Positions 26,235-35,397 of a DNA stretch of 64,000 nt are shown in pieces. The notes below the pieces were generated by a model. That model did no database searches. It saw only the letters and a list, made by a program, of their open reading frames with translations, and was not told where the DNA came from. How positions within the stretch are numbered: the stretch's first letter is position 1; each line of letters starts with the position of its first letter. Both the position numbers and the translations under genes were made by a program. The stretch comes from Candidatus Obscuribacteraceae bacterium (lineage in GTDB: Bacteria > Cyanobacteriota > Vampirovibrionia > Obscuribacterales > Obscuribacteraceae), in the NCBI GenBank assembly GCA_044226015.1, contig JBGAHS010000002.1, positions 39,029 to 103,028 on the forward strand. The letters run 5' to 3'.

Positions 26235-27434
26235 ATGTTTTGCAAAGGCAAGCTGAAAAGTCATCAATATATTAGAAGAGCTGAAGCAAGCTCTTTTCTT
26301 AGCGCCTTCTTGGCGATAGCGCTTGTATTGCAGGTGGTTTCGCTGCCAATGGCGTTAGCTGCCGACAAAGCGGGTAGTTCGCCCCTGGATACAGCCAGCG
26401 CTTCAGTCGACGGTACTGAGCCTGACAAGTCGATGCTGGGCGAAATACCAGCAACAGATTCCCCAAAAGCAAAAGACGGCATGGTCGAGCAATCCGGCGA
26501 CAGCAGTCCTGACTCCCCAAATTCTGCAACAAGCTCATCAGGCGACTCTGAATCATCTGCAAAAGCAGATGCGAGAAAGAAAAAGAAGAAAGTAGAGTTC
26601 GCAGACGTTCTTCCGACTCTCACCTGGATTGACCCAGATGTCGAACCTAAGGCTATCCTTCTCTGCGTACACGGGCTAGGGCTGCATAACGATGCCTATG
26701 ATGCATTCGGCAAAACTATGGCCAAACATGGCTACCTGGTCTATGCGGTGGATGTGCCGGGCTTCGGCAGCTTCAAAGCTGCAGAGGGTCGCGAGAGAAT
26801 CGATTTCGACTACTGCCTCCGTGGAATTGAGCACACCTTACATTTCGTTCACAAAGTAAACCCTAAGATGCCCGTCTTCATTCTTGGCGAATCGATGGGT
26901 GGCGCTATTGCATTACGGGTGACTTCACAGCATCCAGAGTTGGTTGCAGGACTGGTAAGCTCCGTTCCATCAGGAGACAGATTTAATCAAGGCAAAGAAA
27001 CTTTCAGAGTCGGGCTAAAACTGCTCACAGCTCCGAACAAGGAGTTTGACATTGGATCGAGCGTAATCAGCAGAGCCACGAGCAAAGACGACCTCAAAGA
27101 GCGCTGGGAAAAAGATCCCTTAAATAGGATGGCGCTTACACCGAAGGAACTCGTAAGGTTTCAAGATTTCATGAATGAGAATCATGAAAGTGCTAAAAGC
27201 ATTACCAATACACCAGTTTTGTTTGTTCAAGGCTGCAAGGATACTCTTGTCCGCCCGGAAGGCACAATGGAGCTCTACAACCAAATTTCCAGTCCAGATA
27301 GAGAGCTGGAATTAATTCATGATGGCGAGCACCTAATTTTCGAAGAGAATCAGTTTAATGATGAGGTGATCAAGAAACTAGATAAATGGCTAACTAGCCA
27401 TCTCACCACAAGCAAACAACTAGGCAGCAAATAA
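26235..27434 (+). CDS. secreted alpha/beta hydrolase (lysophospholipase-like) with Ser/Asp-rich linker
   Basis: Signal/TM (FLSAFLAIALVLQVVSLPMALA), S/D-rich low-complexity linker, ILLCVHGLGLHNDAY, canonical elbow ILGESMGGAIAL, and late DGEHLIF. Confidence 0.8.
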   Translation: MFCKGKLKSHQYIRRAEASSFLSAFLAIALVLQVVSLPMALAADKAGSSPLDTASASVDGTEPDKSMLGEIPATDSPKAKDGMVEQSGDSSPDSPNSATSSSGDSESSAKADARKKKKKVEFADVLPTLTWIDPDVEPKAILLCVHGLGLHNDAYDAFGKTMAKHGYLVYAVDVPGFGSFKAAEGRERIDFDYCLRGIEHTLHFVHKVNPKMPVFILGESMGGAIALRVTSQHPELVAGLVSSVPSGDRFNQGKETFRVGLKLLTAPNKEFDIGSSVISRATSKDDLKERWEKDPLNRMALTPKELVRFQDFMNENHESAKSITNTPVLFVQGCKDTLVRPEGTMELYNQISSPDRELELIHDGEHLIFEENQFNDEVIKKLDKWLTSHLTTSKQLGSK

Positions 27435-27460
27435 AAGAGAAGAAACTCAAGGGGAGTAAA

Positions 27461-28219
27461 ATGAATTCCGAAAAACAGATGAAGCTCAAACGTGTGCTGG
27501 GAGCGTTGATTCTAACAGCCACTATTGGTGGGCCTCTCGCGTCGATTGCTGCTCCAGCTCCTACAACTCCGATGACATTGGGCAAGGCAGCGCTGGTTCA
27601 GAAAAATTATGCAAAAGCAGTGACAATATACGAGCAGGCAGCGAAAACCGACCAATACAAAAACAGCTGCGAATGCCGTCTTGGACTGGGCAAATCGCTA
27701 TGCTTGTTGGGCACAGCACAAAAGGGTGAGCTTCAATCAGCCACCTACAAGAAGGCTGCAAAAGAATTGCGCACCGCCATTAGACTTGGCAGAGGCGGCG
27801 CTAATTCGCTTGAAGCCAACAAGATTTTGCTTACACAGCTTCCAAAATCAGCAACTGCTCCAAAAATGGGCGCTGACACTCCGATGATCGCAATGGCGCA
27901 CGGAATCAGAGGTAGAGACCGCGGAACAGGCGAGGCCAAGCCAAAAATTCTTGAGTTCACTGCTAAATGGTGTGAGCCATGCAAACAGTTGAAACCTATC
28001 ATCGATAAGGCTAAAGCTGATTACGGCGATAAAGTCGAATTCATTACTTACGATATTGATGATCCGAAATCGGAAAAAATCATCGAAGATTACGAAGTAA
28101 GCCCAATTCCAACCCTCATTTTCCTTGATGGAAGCAACCAGGTGATAACTTACTCGGTTGGATATTCTGGAGAAAACGGATTGAAGGCTGGCATCAAGAA
28201 GATTGTGCCGCAATCTTAG
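27461..28219 (+). CDS. periplasmic thioredoxin-domain protein with helical N-terminal region
   Basis: Signal peptide ...TATIGGPLASIAAPA. Thioredoxin core ILEFTAKWCEPCKQLKPIIDKA...VSPIPTLIFLDG with active site WCEPC (27968-27982). AAGGGGAG SD lies before the ATG. Confidence 0.8.
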   Translation: MNSEKQMKLKRVLGALILTATIGGPLASIAAPAPTTPMTLGKAALVQKNYAKAVTIYEQAAKTDQYKNSCECRLGLGKSLCLLGTAQKGELQSATYKKAAKELRTAIRLGRGGANSLEANKILLTQLPKSATAPKMGADTPMIAMAHGIRGRDRGTGEAKPKILEFTAKWCEPCKQLKPIIDKAKADYGDKVEFITYDIDDPKSEKIIEDYEVSPIPTLIFLDGSNQVITYSVGYSGENGLKAGIKKIVPQS

Positions 28220-28243
28220 TCCGAAACTAAAGACTCGATCCCG

Positions 28244-28278
28244 AAGCGAGAGCGCGAGCTCTCGCTTTTGCCCTTTTT
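28244..28278 (+). terminator. rho-independent terminator
   Basis: Perfect 10-bp stem AAGCGAGAGC (28244-28253) / GCTCTCGCTT (28258-28267) with a GCGA loop, followed by TTGCCCTTTTT. Lies 25 nt after the thioredoxin stop. Confidence 0.75.
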
Positions 28279-28350
28279 GAAGCGGAACTAATTCACAGAT
28301 CTTGGCTTGTGATAAGCTTTGACCATTGTTTATTGTGCAGGTGACTATTA

Positions 28351-29355
28351 ATGCTGAACCAACGCCAAAACGCATTAGCATTGCTGATTTCATTTTTGTG
28401 TGCGACACCTTCGGCATGGTCGACTCCAGCGTTTGAACTCCCACCATGTCCAACGGAAGACAACAAAGAGACTAAAAAGTTACCGGTAGTAAATTTTGAA
28501 TCCGATCAACGACAAGAAACAACACCAGCTCTTGAGAAAACAGAAACAAAAGACAAGCGCTCTAACGCGCCACTTAGCACACTGGATAAAGCGGCAAAAG
28601 CAAATTTGATGCCACTAGCTTTAATACCATCAAAAAACGAGGCTGAAAAAGCAGAACAGATTTCACTCGAACGACACAAAGAACAACTAAAGAACCTGTG
28701 GTCCGCCACTATTGAGCAGTCACCTGACATACAATTTGTGATTTCAGCTCTTCAACCAAATAGCAACGCGAAACACGCCACAGCGGCGGCAATGAATCTT
28801 GTAGGCAGTACCTTGTTCAATGTCGGCGGAGCCTTGGCGCCAAATGGACCAGCGAAGATTGGCGTAAACATGGTTGGACCAGGATTAATCAAGAAGCTGT
28901 TCAGCGAAAACAGTACAGCACAAGTTTCAGTCGGAGAGACACTCGTTTTATACAAAATGGTTCGCGATATCGCTGATAACCTTGTTGATTCTTATTGGAA
29001 TTATCGAAGAGCTCTGGCCGAGCGAGATACTGCGCAGGTCGACCTCGACGACTTAAAAAGACTAGAAGAGCAATTGATGGAAGGCTCCAGCAATTTAGAA
29101 ATCAGCAAATATGAGTACCTGTTACATAAGGCTGAGAGAGAGCTTCGCTCTAAATCCGAAGCATTGGCAATATACCAACAACATCTTGCTGATTTGTGCG
29201 GAGTAGAGGCCCTAGCAAAACTAAATACAGAGATTATCGAAGAGAAGCAAACATTGGTAGAACTCATCGGAAGACCGGACATCAAAGAGCCTTTGTCTGC
29301 ACCGAAATCAGAATCAGCGTTTACTATAGATGCAAATCTGAGGAAGAAGAATTAG
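28351..29355 (+). CDS. secreted coiled-coil hypothetical protein (weak TolC/OEP-like helical character)
   Basis: Signal peptide MLNQRQNALALLISFLCATPSAWS. The C-terminal half is heptad-like (DTAQVDLDDLKRLEEQLMEGSSNLEISKYEYLLHKAERELRSKSEALAIYQQHLADLCG). The family assignment is uncertain. Confidence 0.55.
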   Translation: MLNQRQNALALLISFLCATPSAWSTPAFELPPCPTEDNKETKKLPVVNFESDQRQETTPALEKTETKDKRSNAPLSTLDKAAKANLMPLALIPSKNEAEKAEQISLERHKEQLKNLWSATIEQSPDIQFVISALQPNSNAKHATAAAMNLVGSTLFNVGGALAPNGPAKIGVNMVGPGLIKKLFSENSTAQVSVGETLVLYKMVRDIADNLVDSYWNYRRALAERDTAQVDLDDLKRLEEQLMEGSSNLEISKYEYLLHKAERELRSKSEALAIYQQHLADLCGVEALAKLNTEIIEEKQTLVELIGRPDIKEPLSAPKSESAFTIDANLRKKN

Positions 29356-29773
29356 GCGAACGCTCTATAAAAGAAATGGAAAAGCCCGAAGGCGTTTTCC
29401 GATTTTCAGATTGTGCCCAAAACTCCTGCCCATTCTTTCGCCGCTGCCAACCTGCAGTTGCATATGACCCTCTGGTTGAGGCAGCGAGCAACTCATAAAC
29501 AGCTCGACCATGCTTGAGGTCGTCAGCGCAATACACCAGAGCGATGTGTTTTCCGATGGCCTCTCCTGGCTCATATCCAAAAATGCGCTCAGCGCCCTGC
29601 GTCCACACCGTTATGAACCCGCATTCGTCACATTCCAGGTTAGCCAACTCAGCGGCTCCAGCGCGAACAAATTCTGTTGTCCGACGCTTCGAATCGGCAG
29701 TGCATGGAGCCAGCGCGGCAAGACGATCACGGTCGGTCTTGTGCTCACCACTGCGGTTATATGGCAATTTCAT
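29324..29773 (-). CDS. stand-alone PAS-domain protein
   Basis: ECDECGFITVWTQGAERIFGYEPGEAIGKHIALVY...ATAGWQRRKNGQEFWAQSE is a PAS-core pattern. The 3' end overlaps the convergent 28351 gene by 32 nt. Confidence 0.65.
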   Translation of the reverse strand: MKLPYNRSGEHKTDRDRLAALAPCTADSKRRTTEFVRAGAAELANLECDECGFITVWTQGAERIFGYEPGEAIGKHIALVYCADDLKHGRAVYELLAASTRGSYATAGWQRRKNGQEFWAQSENRKTPSGFSISFIERSPNSSSSDLHL

Positions 29774-30115
29774 TGGGCTGATACCTTACGCCAAAACTAA
29801 CTTATTATGCTGACGAACTATCTACAAAACATCCTATATATTTAGGTTGAAGAATCTGTGAAGAACAAACATTTTTGTTTACATTGCAATTTAATCTTCG
29901 ATTTTTGAACTATCTCAAGCAAAAAGACGTCTATTAAGTATTCGACGCAGAAAAACCTTGAGATTTATCACCGACTGACCAGGCGGAGGCAGACCTTTGC
30001 CCTGCGCCAGCTACTTTTGCGCCAGGGTCAAAAAAAGTTCAGATACAAGCTAAAAGATACCAAGCAAAGCCCCTTTGCTGGCACCGTATTCAGTACCACC
30101 GGAGATTCAGCTCTG

Positions 30116-30967
30116 ATGCGCAAACTCATTACTTTTTGTGTTGTAACCCTATTGCTGAGTCTTGTAGCTTTAATGCTCGATCATTCCATGAATTCACTTA
30201 GCACCTGGATAAAGCCCGCTAAATTTGCTCTATCCATTTTGCTCTACGCAGTCAGCCTCCAATTCATCCAGCGATTCATAAACAGCCAACACGCCATTCT
30301 TCCAACCGTAGTTCAAGCAAGCCTTGTAGGTGGATTTATTGAACTCATCAGTACGCTTACTCAATCTGTTTTGATAAGCAGTGGACTCTCAAACCAAGTG
30401 AGCGATGGCATACTTTTGATTGTCGGGCGACTCGCAATAATGCCACTGGCTTTGCTTGATCTTCTGATGCTGGTCCTTCTTATGAAAGAAGAGAATCTGC
30501 CCCCGTTGCTCGGAAGTGCATTGAAGTGGGGGCTTGTCTTAACTGCAGTTGGCTTCATACCCGGACTTCTTCTGATCGCGCCGGAACCAGTACAAGCGTG
30601 CTTGTCGAGCAACACATTTTGCTCAGGCGGAAATCTGCGAATTGCTCATTTCACAGGTATACATGCACTCCAAGTTCTTCCATTGCTGGCTATCTATTTA
30701 GAGCGCTTTGACGGCAAGTTGTCACAGAACGAGCAGCTAAACATTTTGAGAATATCTGGGTTTTCTTACTTTGCTCTGATTCAAATTTTGACCTGGCAGG
30801 CGTTGTGTGATGAGATGGTTCTTTTCCCAGGAACCCAAACAAAGCAAATTTTTGAAATCTGGTTGCTCGCCACTTCCGTTGCTATCAGCTCAAGCATCTT
30901 GTGGTCAAAGCTTTTGAGCCGTTGTTGGAAACAAGTCACTAATGAAGGTTCGTGCTACATAGGTTAA
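30116..30967 (+). CDS. polytopic membrane protein, unknown function
   Basis: GGAGA lies 9 nt before ATG 30116 (MRKLITFCVVTLLLSLVALML). About 7-8 hydrophobic segments. The ORF-track start TTG 30017 is less likely. Confidence 0.6.
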   Translation: MRKLITFCVVTLLLSLVALMLDHSMNSLSTWIKPAKFALSILLYAVSLQFIQRFINSQHAILPTVVQASLVGGFIELISTLTQSVLISSGLSNQVSDGILLIVGRLAIMPLALLDLLMLVLLMKEENLPPLLGSALKWGLVLTAVGFIPGLLLIAPEPVQACLSSNTFCSGGNLRIAHFTGIHALQVLPLLAIYLERFDGKLSQNEQLNILRISGFSYFALIQILTWQALCDEMVLFPGTQTKQIFEIWLLATSVAISSSILWSKLLSRCWKQVTNEGSCYIG

Positions 30968-30995
30968 ACTATCACCTGAATACGAGGTGACAGAA

Positions 30996-32174
30996 ATGAA
31001 ATGGGCAACTTCATTAGCCCGAAATTCGTCTTTGGAGAAAGCTTTCACAAGCGCAGCTGAAGAAATCAAAGAGGCTCTTGGCTCTGCCCCTGACCTCCTT
31101 ATTTGTTTCATTTCACCAAGCTTCAAAAACAATTACAGCGATGTGACAGAACTCGCAAAAAATTGTCTATCACCGCAGCATTTTATTGCTTGCACAGCAG
31201 GCGGAATTATTGGTGGTGGGCTGGAACTAGAGAGAGAACCAGCCATTGCGCTCGCCGCCGCATTGCTTCCCGATGTAAAGGTCACAACTTTCCATATAGA
31301 CGATAAAGACATGCCAGATGGCGATGCGCCTCAAACCGCATGGGAGAAGCTGGTATCCGTTACATTCCGAGACAGCCCGCATTTTGTTCTCCTGCCTGAT
31401 CCTTTTTCTTTTCGCATCGATGTCTTAGCGGAAGGGCTAGACTTCGCGTTTCCGGGCTCGGTGAAAATCGGTGGGCTTGCCAGTGGCGCACACCAACCCA
31501 ACCAAAATGCATTGTTTCTGAATGAGAAAATGTACCGAACGGGTGCCGTCGGCATCGCGCTTTCCGGCAACATCGAAGTCGACAGCATCGTCGCGCAGGG
31601 CTGCCGCCCGGTGGGTCCAACGTTTCGCGTCACTGAGTGTCAAAATAATGTACTGCTAGAACTAGACGGACAACCCGCCGTGAATGCGCTTTACAGCGTG
31701 CTGGAAAAAATGAGTGAAAAGGATCAGAAACTGGCAAAGTACTCGCTTTTCCTTGGTGTTGTAATGGATGAGTTCAAAGATAGTTTCCAGCATGGAGACT
31801 TTCTCATTAGAAATATCTTGGGATTAGAGCCGAATTCCGGGGCGTTGATTGTTGGCGAATTGTTGCGAAACGAACGAACAGTCCAGTTCCATTTGAGAGA
31901 TGCAGAGACCTCTTCCGACGATTTGAGTAAAATGCTCAAAAGATACAAAGAGACTCAGCCGGCGCCGCCAGAAGGCGCACTGCTCTTTTCCTGCCTGGGT
32001 AGAGGTGAGCACCTATACGGCATACCAAATCATGATAGTGATATGTTCACCGAATCCATTGGCGAAATCCCGCTGGCGGGCTTCTTCTGCAACGGCGAGA
32101 TAGGTCCTGTGGGCGGAACGACGTTCCTGCACGGGTATACTTCATCCTTTGCAATTTTTAGACCTCGAAGCTGA
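30996..32174 (+). CDS. FIST (N and C) domain sensory protein
   Basis: PDLLICFISPSF, KIGGLASG and C-terminal GALLFSCLGRGEHLYG...PLAGFFCNGEIGPVGGTTFLHGYTSSFAIF are typical FIST_N/FIST_C features. GAGGTG lies 8 nt before ATG 30996. Confidence 0.8.
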   Translation: MKWATSLARNSSLEKAFTSAAEEIKEALGSAPDLLICFISPSFKNNYSDVTELAKNCLSPQHFIACTAGGIIGGGLELEREPAIALAAALLPDVKVTTFHIDDKDMPDGDAPQTAWEKLVSVTFRDSPHFVLLPDPFSFRIDVLAEGLDFAFPGSVKIGGLASGAHQPNQNALFLNEKMYRTGAVGIALSGNIEVDSIVAQGCRPVGPTFRVTECQNNVLLELDGQPAVNALYSVLEKMSEKDQKLAKYSLFLGVVMDEFKDSFQHGDFLIRNILGLEPNSGALIVGELLRNERTVQFHLRDAETSSDDLSKMLKRYKETQPAPPEGALLFSCLGRGEHLYGIPNHDSDMFTESIGEIPLAGFFCNGEIGPVGGTTFLHGYTSSFAIFRPRS

Positions 32175-32234
32175 AGGCTACTTGTCTTTTGTCATGCTAA
32201 ACTTAGCTCAGCCGCGCTTACTCGGGGGTTAAGA

Positions 32235-32771
32235 GTGATATTCACTAAACATACTGCCACGTTTTTAATGGCAATCTCGTTTCTGTACGCAAATTCAGCT
32301 TCGGCAGCTCCAGCAAAACCAGCAGCAAAGAAGGCTACACCTGCTGCAAAATCTGCCGCCCCGAAAGCAGGGGCAGGGTCAGCATCAGGCGCTCCCAGCG
32401 CAGCTCTCAATTCGTATGCGGACCAGATGCGCAATAAGATGGGCGGAAAATGGGATTATCCCAGCGGCAACAACAGCGTCACGTTAGTCGTTAAAGTGTC
32501 GCAAGATGGCAGCGTGTCAGACCTCTCATTGAGCAGCTCACCGAAAAATACAGAAGCAGAACAAAAGGCAAATGATGCTTTCAATTCGGCTCAACCTCTT
32601 CAACCGCTTCCGGGCGGCACGGCGTCAGCAGTCATAACTTGTAAGTTTGACTCTCAAGCAGACCAGTGGAATTCGAAAGCCAATATTGCTGTTCGAATTG
32701 ACCCACAAAAAGCAGCAGAACCAGCTGCCACCACAGACGGTGGCAGCACTCCGTCAACCCCAACTCCGTAA
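32235..32771 (+). CDS. secreted protein with A/P/K-rich linker and TonB-C/TolA-like C-terminal module
   Basis: Signal peptide ...FLMAISFLYANSASA, an APAKPAAKKATPAAKSAAPKAG linker, then YADQMRNKMGGKWDYP...VTLVVKVSQDGSVSDLSLSSSPKNTEAEQKANDAFNSAQPLQPLP. Confidence 0.55.
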   Translation: MIFTKHTATFLMAISFLYANSASAAPAKPAAKKATPAAKSAAPKAGAGSASGAPSAALNSYADQMRNKMGGKWDYPSGNNSVTLVVKVSQDGSVSDLSLSSSPKNTEAEQKANDAFNSAQPLQPLPGGTASAVITCKFDSQADQWNSKANIAVRIDPQKAAEPAATTDGGSTPSTPTP

Positions 32772-32797
32772 GAACACCGAAATTGAAACAAGCAACA

Positions 32798-34318
32798 ATG
32801 TCACCATTCTGGGCAACCGAAAAAATCAGAAAAACTCAATACGCCGGCTCCTGGTACGAAAAAAATCCGGACAAACTAAAATCGGAGCTAGACCAGTACA
32901 TTGAGTCAGCAAAGACCACTCCGGATGAAAGCAGCGCGGAGTTGCTAAAGACCAATAGCGAACCAATAACCGACGATTTGCTTGCAATCATTGTGCCTCA
33001 CGCAGGATATATGTTCTCTGGTGCGACAGCTGCCTTCGCTTATAAGTCAGCCACTAAACGAGAAATCAAACGAGTTTTCTTACTCGGTCCATCACATCAC
33101 ATCGGGTTTCGCGGAGCAGCAGTGCCTGATGCTGAAGTGTTCGCGACACCACTGGGAGATCTGAAGGTCGACACTGAACTGGTTAATGAGCTGAAGACAT
33201 ACCCAATGTTTTCCACTCAGCCTGAGGTTCACCGCGTTGAACACTCACTAGAATTGCAATTGCCATTCATCAGACATTGTTTTGAAGGCGCAAAAATTGT
33301 ACCCATCGTAATCGGTCAACTCAATGGAGAAGCAGACTCCAGACTCATCGGTGAAGTCCTAAAGCGCTTCATTAAGAAGGACGACTTAGTCGTAGTAAGT
33401 TCTGATTTTACACATTATGGACCACGCTATGGCTATACCCCGTTCGGGCTCAATGAAGATGTGCCAACACGTGTCAGCGACATGGACGGCATCGCCTTCC
33501 GCCTTCTGAGCGACCTGGATCTTGAAGGCTTTGTCGATTTTCTCGACCGCACGGGTGACACCATATGTGGTATGTATCCCTGCCAGGTTTTGTTGACCAT
33601 GTTGCCGACAGCAACCCACGGTACCTTACTTAAGTATGCAACATCCAGAGACTCGCACGTCGAAGACGAAAGCAATTCAGTCAGCTATCTGGCAATTGCA
33701 TTTTCTGGAGCGGAATGGGCATCAGAAGGTGAATCTGAAAACAGCACACCTCAATTTAGTGATGCTGAAAGAGAGAATCTTCTCAAACTGGCGAAGGGCA
33801 CCATCAGCACATTCGTCAAAGAGAAGCGCTGCCCTACGCCAGTTGAACTCGGCGTAGACCTCACACCCAACATGAAATCTTGCCGAGGAGTTTTCGTAAC
33901 TCTCAACAAGGCTGCTCTTGATGGAGGCGAACACAAGCGTTTGAGAGGTTGCATAGGAAGCATTTATCCAACGCGCGCCCTTCATAAAGCAGTTCAAGAA
34001 AATGCTATTGCAGCATGTTCAAGAGACCCAAGATTTGGACCGGTGTCCGTTAGAGAACTCGATGAATTGATGATTGACGTCAATGTTCTGACTCCGCCGA
34101 GAAGAATCGCCGATTACAATGACATTGTTATTGGACGAGATGGTGTCATCTTGAGCAAGGGCGACTATCAGGCAGTCTTTTTGCCGCAAGTTGCAGTCGA
34201 ATGGGGCTGGACGCTTGAACAAATGCTTACTGAACTGGCACTCAAAGCTGGGCTTGGACGTGACGATTGGCGCTCAGGTTGCCACTTCGATGTGTTCCAA
34301 TCAGAAGAGATTCACTAA
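32798..34318 (+). CDS. fused MEMO-like (AmmeMemoRadiSam protein B) and AMMECR1 (protein A) protein
   Basis: The N-half has YAGSWYE, IIVPHAGYMFSG, LLGPSHH, SSDFTHYGPRYGY and DTICGMYP (MEMO). The C-half has GVFVTLNK...LRGCIGS and SRDPRFGPV (AMMECR1). The start is probably ATG 32798. Confidence 0.85.
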   Translation: MSPFWATEKIRKTQYAGSWYEKNPDKLKSELDQYIESAKTTPDESSAELLKTNSEPITDDLLAIIVPHAGYMFSGATAAFAYKSATKREIKRVFLLGPSHHIGFRGAAVPDAEVFATPLGDLKVDTELVNELKTYPMFSTQPEVHRVEHSLELQLPFIRHCFEGAKIVPIVIGQLNGEADSRLIGEVLKRFIKKDDLVVVSSDFTHYGPRYGYTPFGLNEDVPTRVSDMDGIAFRLLSDLDLEGFVDFLDRTGDTICGMYPCQVLLTMLPTATHGTLLKYATSRDSHVEDESNSVSYLAIAFSGAEWASEGESENSTPQFSDAERENLLKLAKGTISTFVKEKRCPTPVELGVDLTPNMKSCRGVFVTLNKAALDGGEHKRLRGCIGSIYPTRALHKAVQENAIAACSRDPRFGPVSVRELDELMIDVNVLTPPRRIADYNDIVIGRDGVILSKGDYQAVFLPQVAVEWGWTLEQMLTELALKAGLGRDDWRSGCHFDVFQSEEIH

Positions 34319-34452
34319 GCTCTCGAACCACAGGTGTTTCAACCTTTGAACGAAGGCTTAGAGCAAAACAGAAAGCGCATATCCTGCGCGCCCCGCTTGG
34401 CGCATGTAATTGCACGTGTCATTCGGCGTTAACAAAACGGCAAAGTTGCTAG

Positions 34453-34980
34453 CTAAATCATGTGGATAGCAATTTGCTCAAGAACAATTTGCAGGAACAT
34501 GAACATCAGAAAATAGAGGCTGATTTCCTGTTTTACAAATCGATTCAGCTCGTTCTCAATACTCGGAATAGCTTTATTCATTTCTTCAGCTGATAGCATT
34601 GAGCTAGATACGATTACACGAGGGTTGTAGCGCAACAAGCCATAGCTGAAGGTTTCTTCGTTAGAATCAACAACCGCAAGCTTTATCTTTGATACAGAAA
34701 GCTTCTGGCATTGTTGGTCAAGGTAAGCTTTTAATTCAGGGTTATCCTTTGCGACATCTTCGATTTGAATGAACCTTGCTTTCAGATACTTTTGCTCACT
34801 CCAATCGAGCACCAGCGGTAGTATCAACGCAAATAGCACATTCCAGGAAACAGGCATTAGCATCGCGGCATTTGGACCAATTTCGCCTGACTTCAGCAAG
34901 CAAACAGCCAGCGCAGTAAGAAGAATGCCAATTCCGCAGCTTGTGAGCAGATATATTCGCAGAATCTTTGACGGCTTCAT
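34453..34980 (-). CDS. short M48/HtpX-like membrane protein with degenerate active site
   Basis: IKLAVVDSNEETFSYGLLRYNPRVIVSSSMLSAEEMNKAIPSIENELNRF aligns by eye with the HtpX segment [15 protein letters not shown]...[27 protein letters not shown]. HEISH is replaced by NELNR. 175 aa with TM segments at both ends. Confidence 0.5.
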   Translation of the reverse strand: MKPSKILRIYLLTSCGIGILLTALAVCLLKSGEIGPNAAMLMPVSWNVLFALILPLVLDWSEQKYLKARFIQIEDVAKDNPELKAYLDQQCQKLSVSKIKLAVVDSNEETFSYGLLRYNPRVIVSSSMLSAEEMNKAIPSIENELNRFVKQEISLYFLMFMFLQIVLEQIAIHMI

Positions 34981-35397
34981 TCCTGTGGCTCTCAGACCAG
35001 TGAAAGTTTTTCTCTAGGTTTATCTTTCCCAATAGACAGGAATCCAAACCCAACGCCAGTTTTCAAGCGAAAAGCCCTGCTTTATAAGTCGCCGCGAAAC
35101 ATATGCGATACACCCACAAACAGAACCTCCGCGGACAGAATTCGTCAAAATTAAATGTGGTTTTCAAGCGAAGCAACTCATCAGGATTTTTCGTTTCGCC
35201 CAAAAAGTTGTTAGCTGAAAAATTTAAGCCAAAAGGGAAGTCCTCGCCCCTCCATAATATCGATTCAATTCACAGCCATAAAGCTGATAAAAACAATCGA
35301 TTGCGTCGATGGCACAAAACTGACTTAAACAATCGGGCGTTGTAGCTGCCAGACTGCATCGCACACAGCCCGGGGATGGAATGGGTCCGAAAGCTTG

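Noticed and set aside
27848-28453. 201-aa minus-strand ORF
   Set aside because: It is antisense to the thioredoxin gene and spans the strong terminator hairpin and the next gene's start. No recognisable features.
35103-35345. 80-aa plus-strand ORF in the 400-bp gap
   Set aside because: It has K/N/S/R-rich composition, no SD, and the opposite orientation to both neighbours. It looks non-coding.
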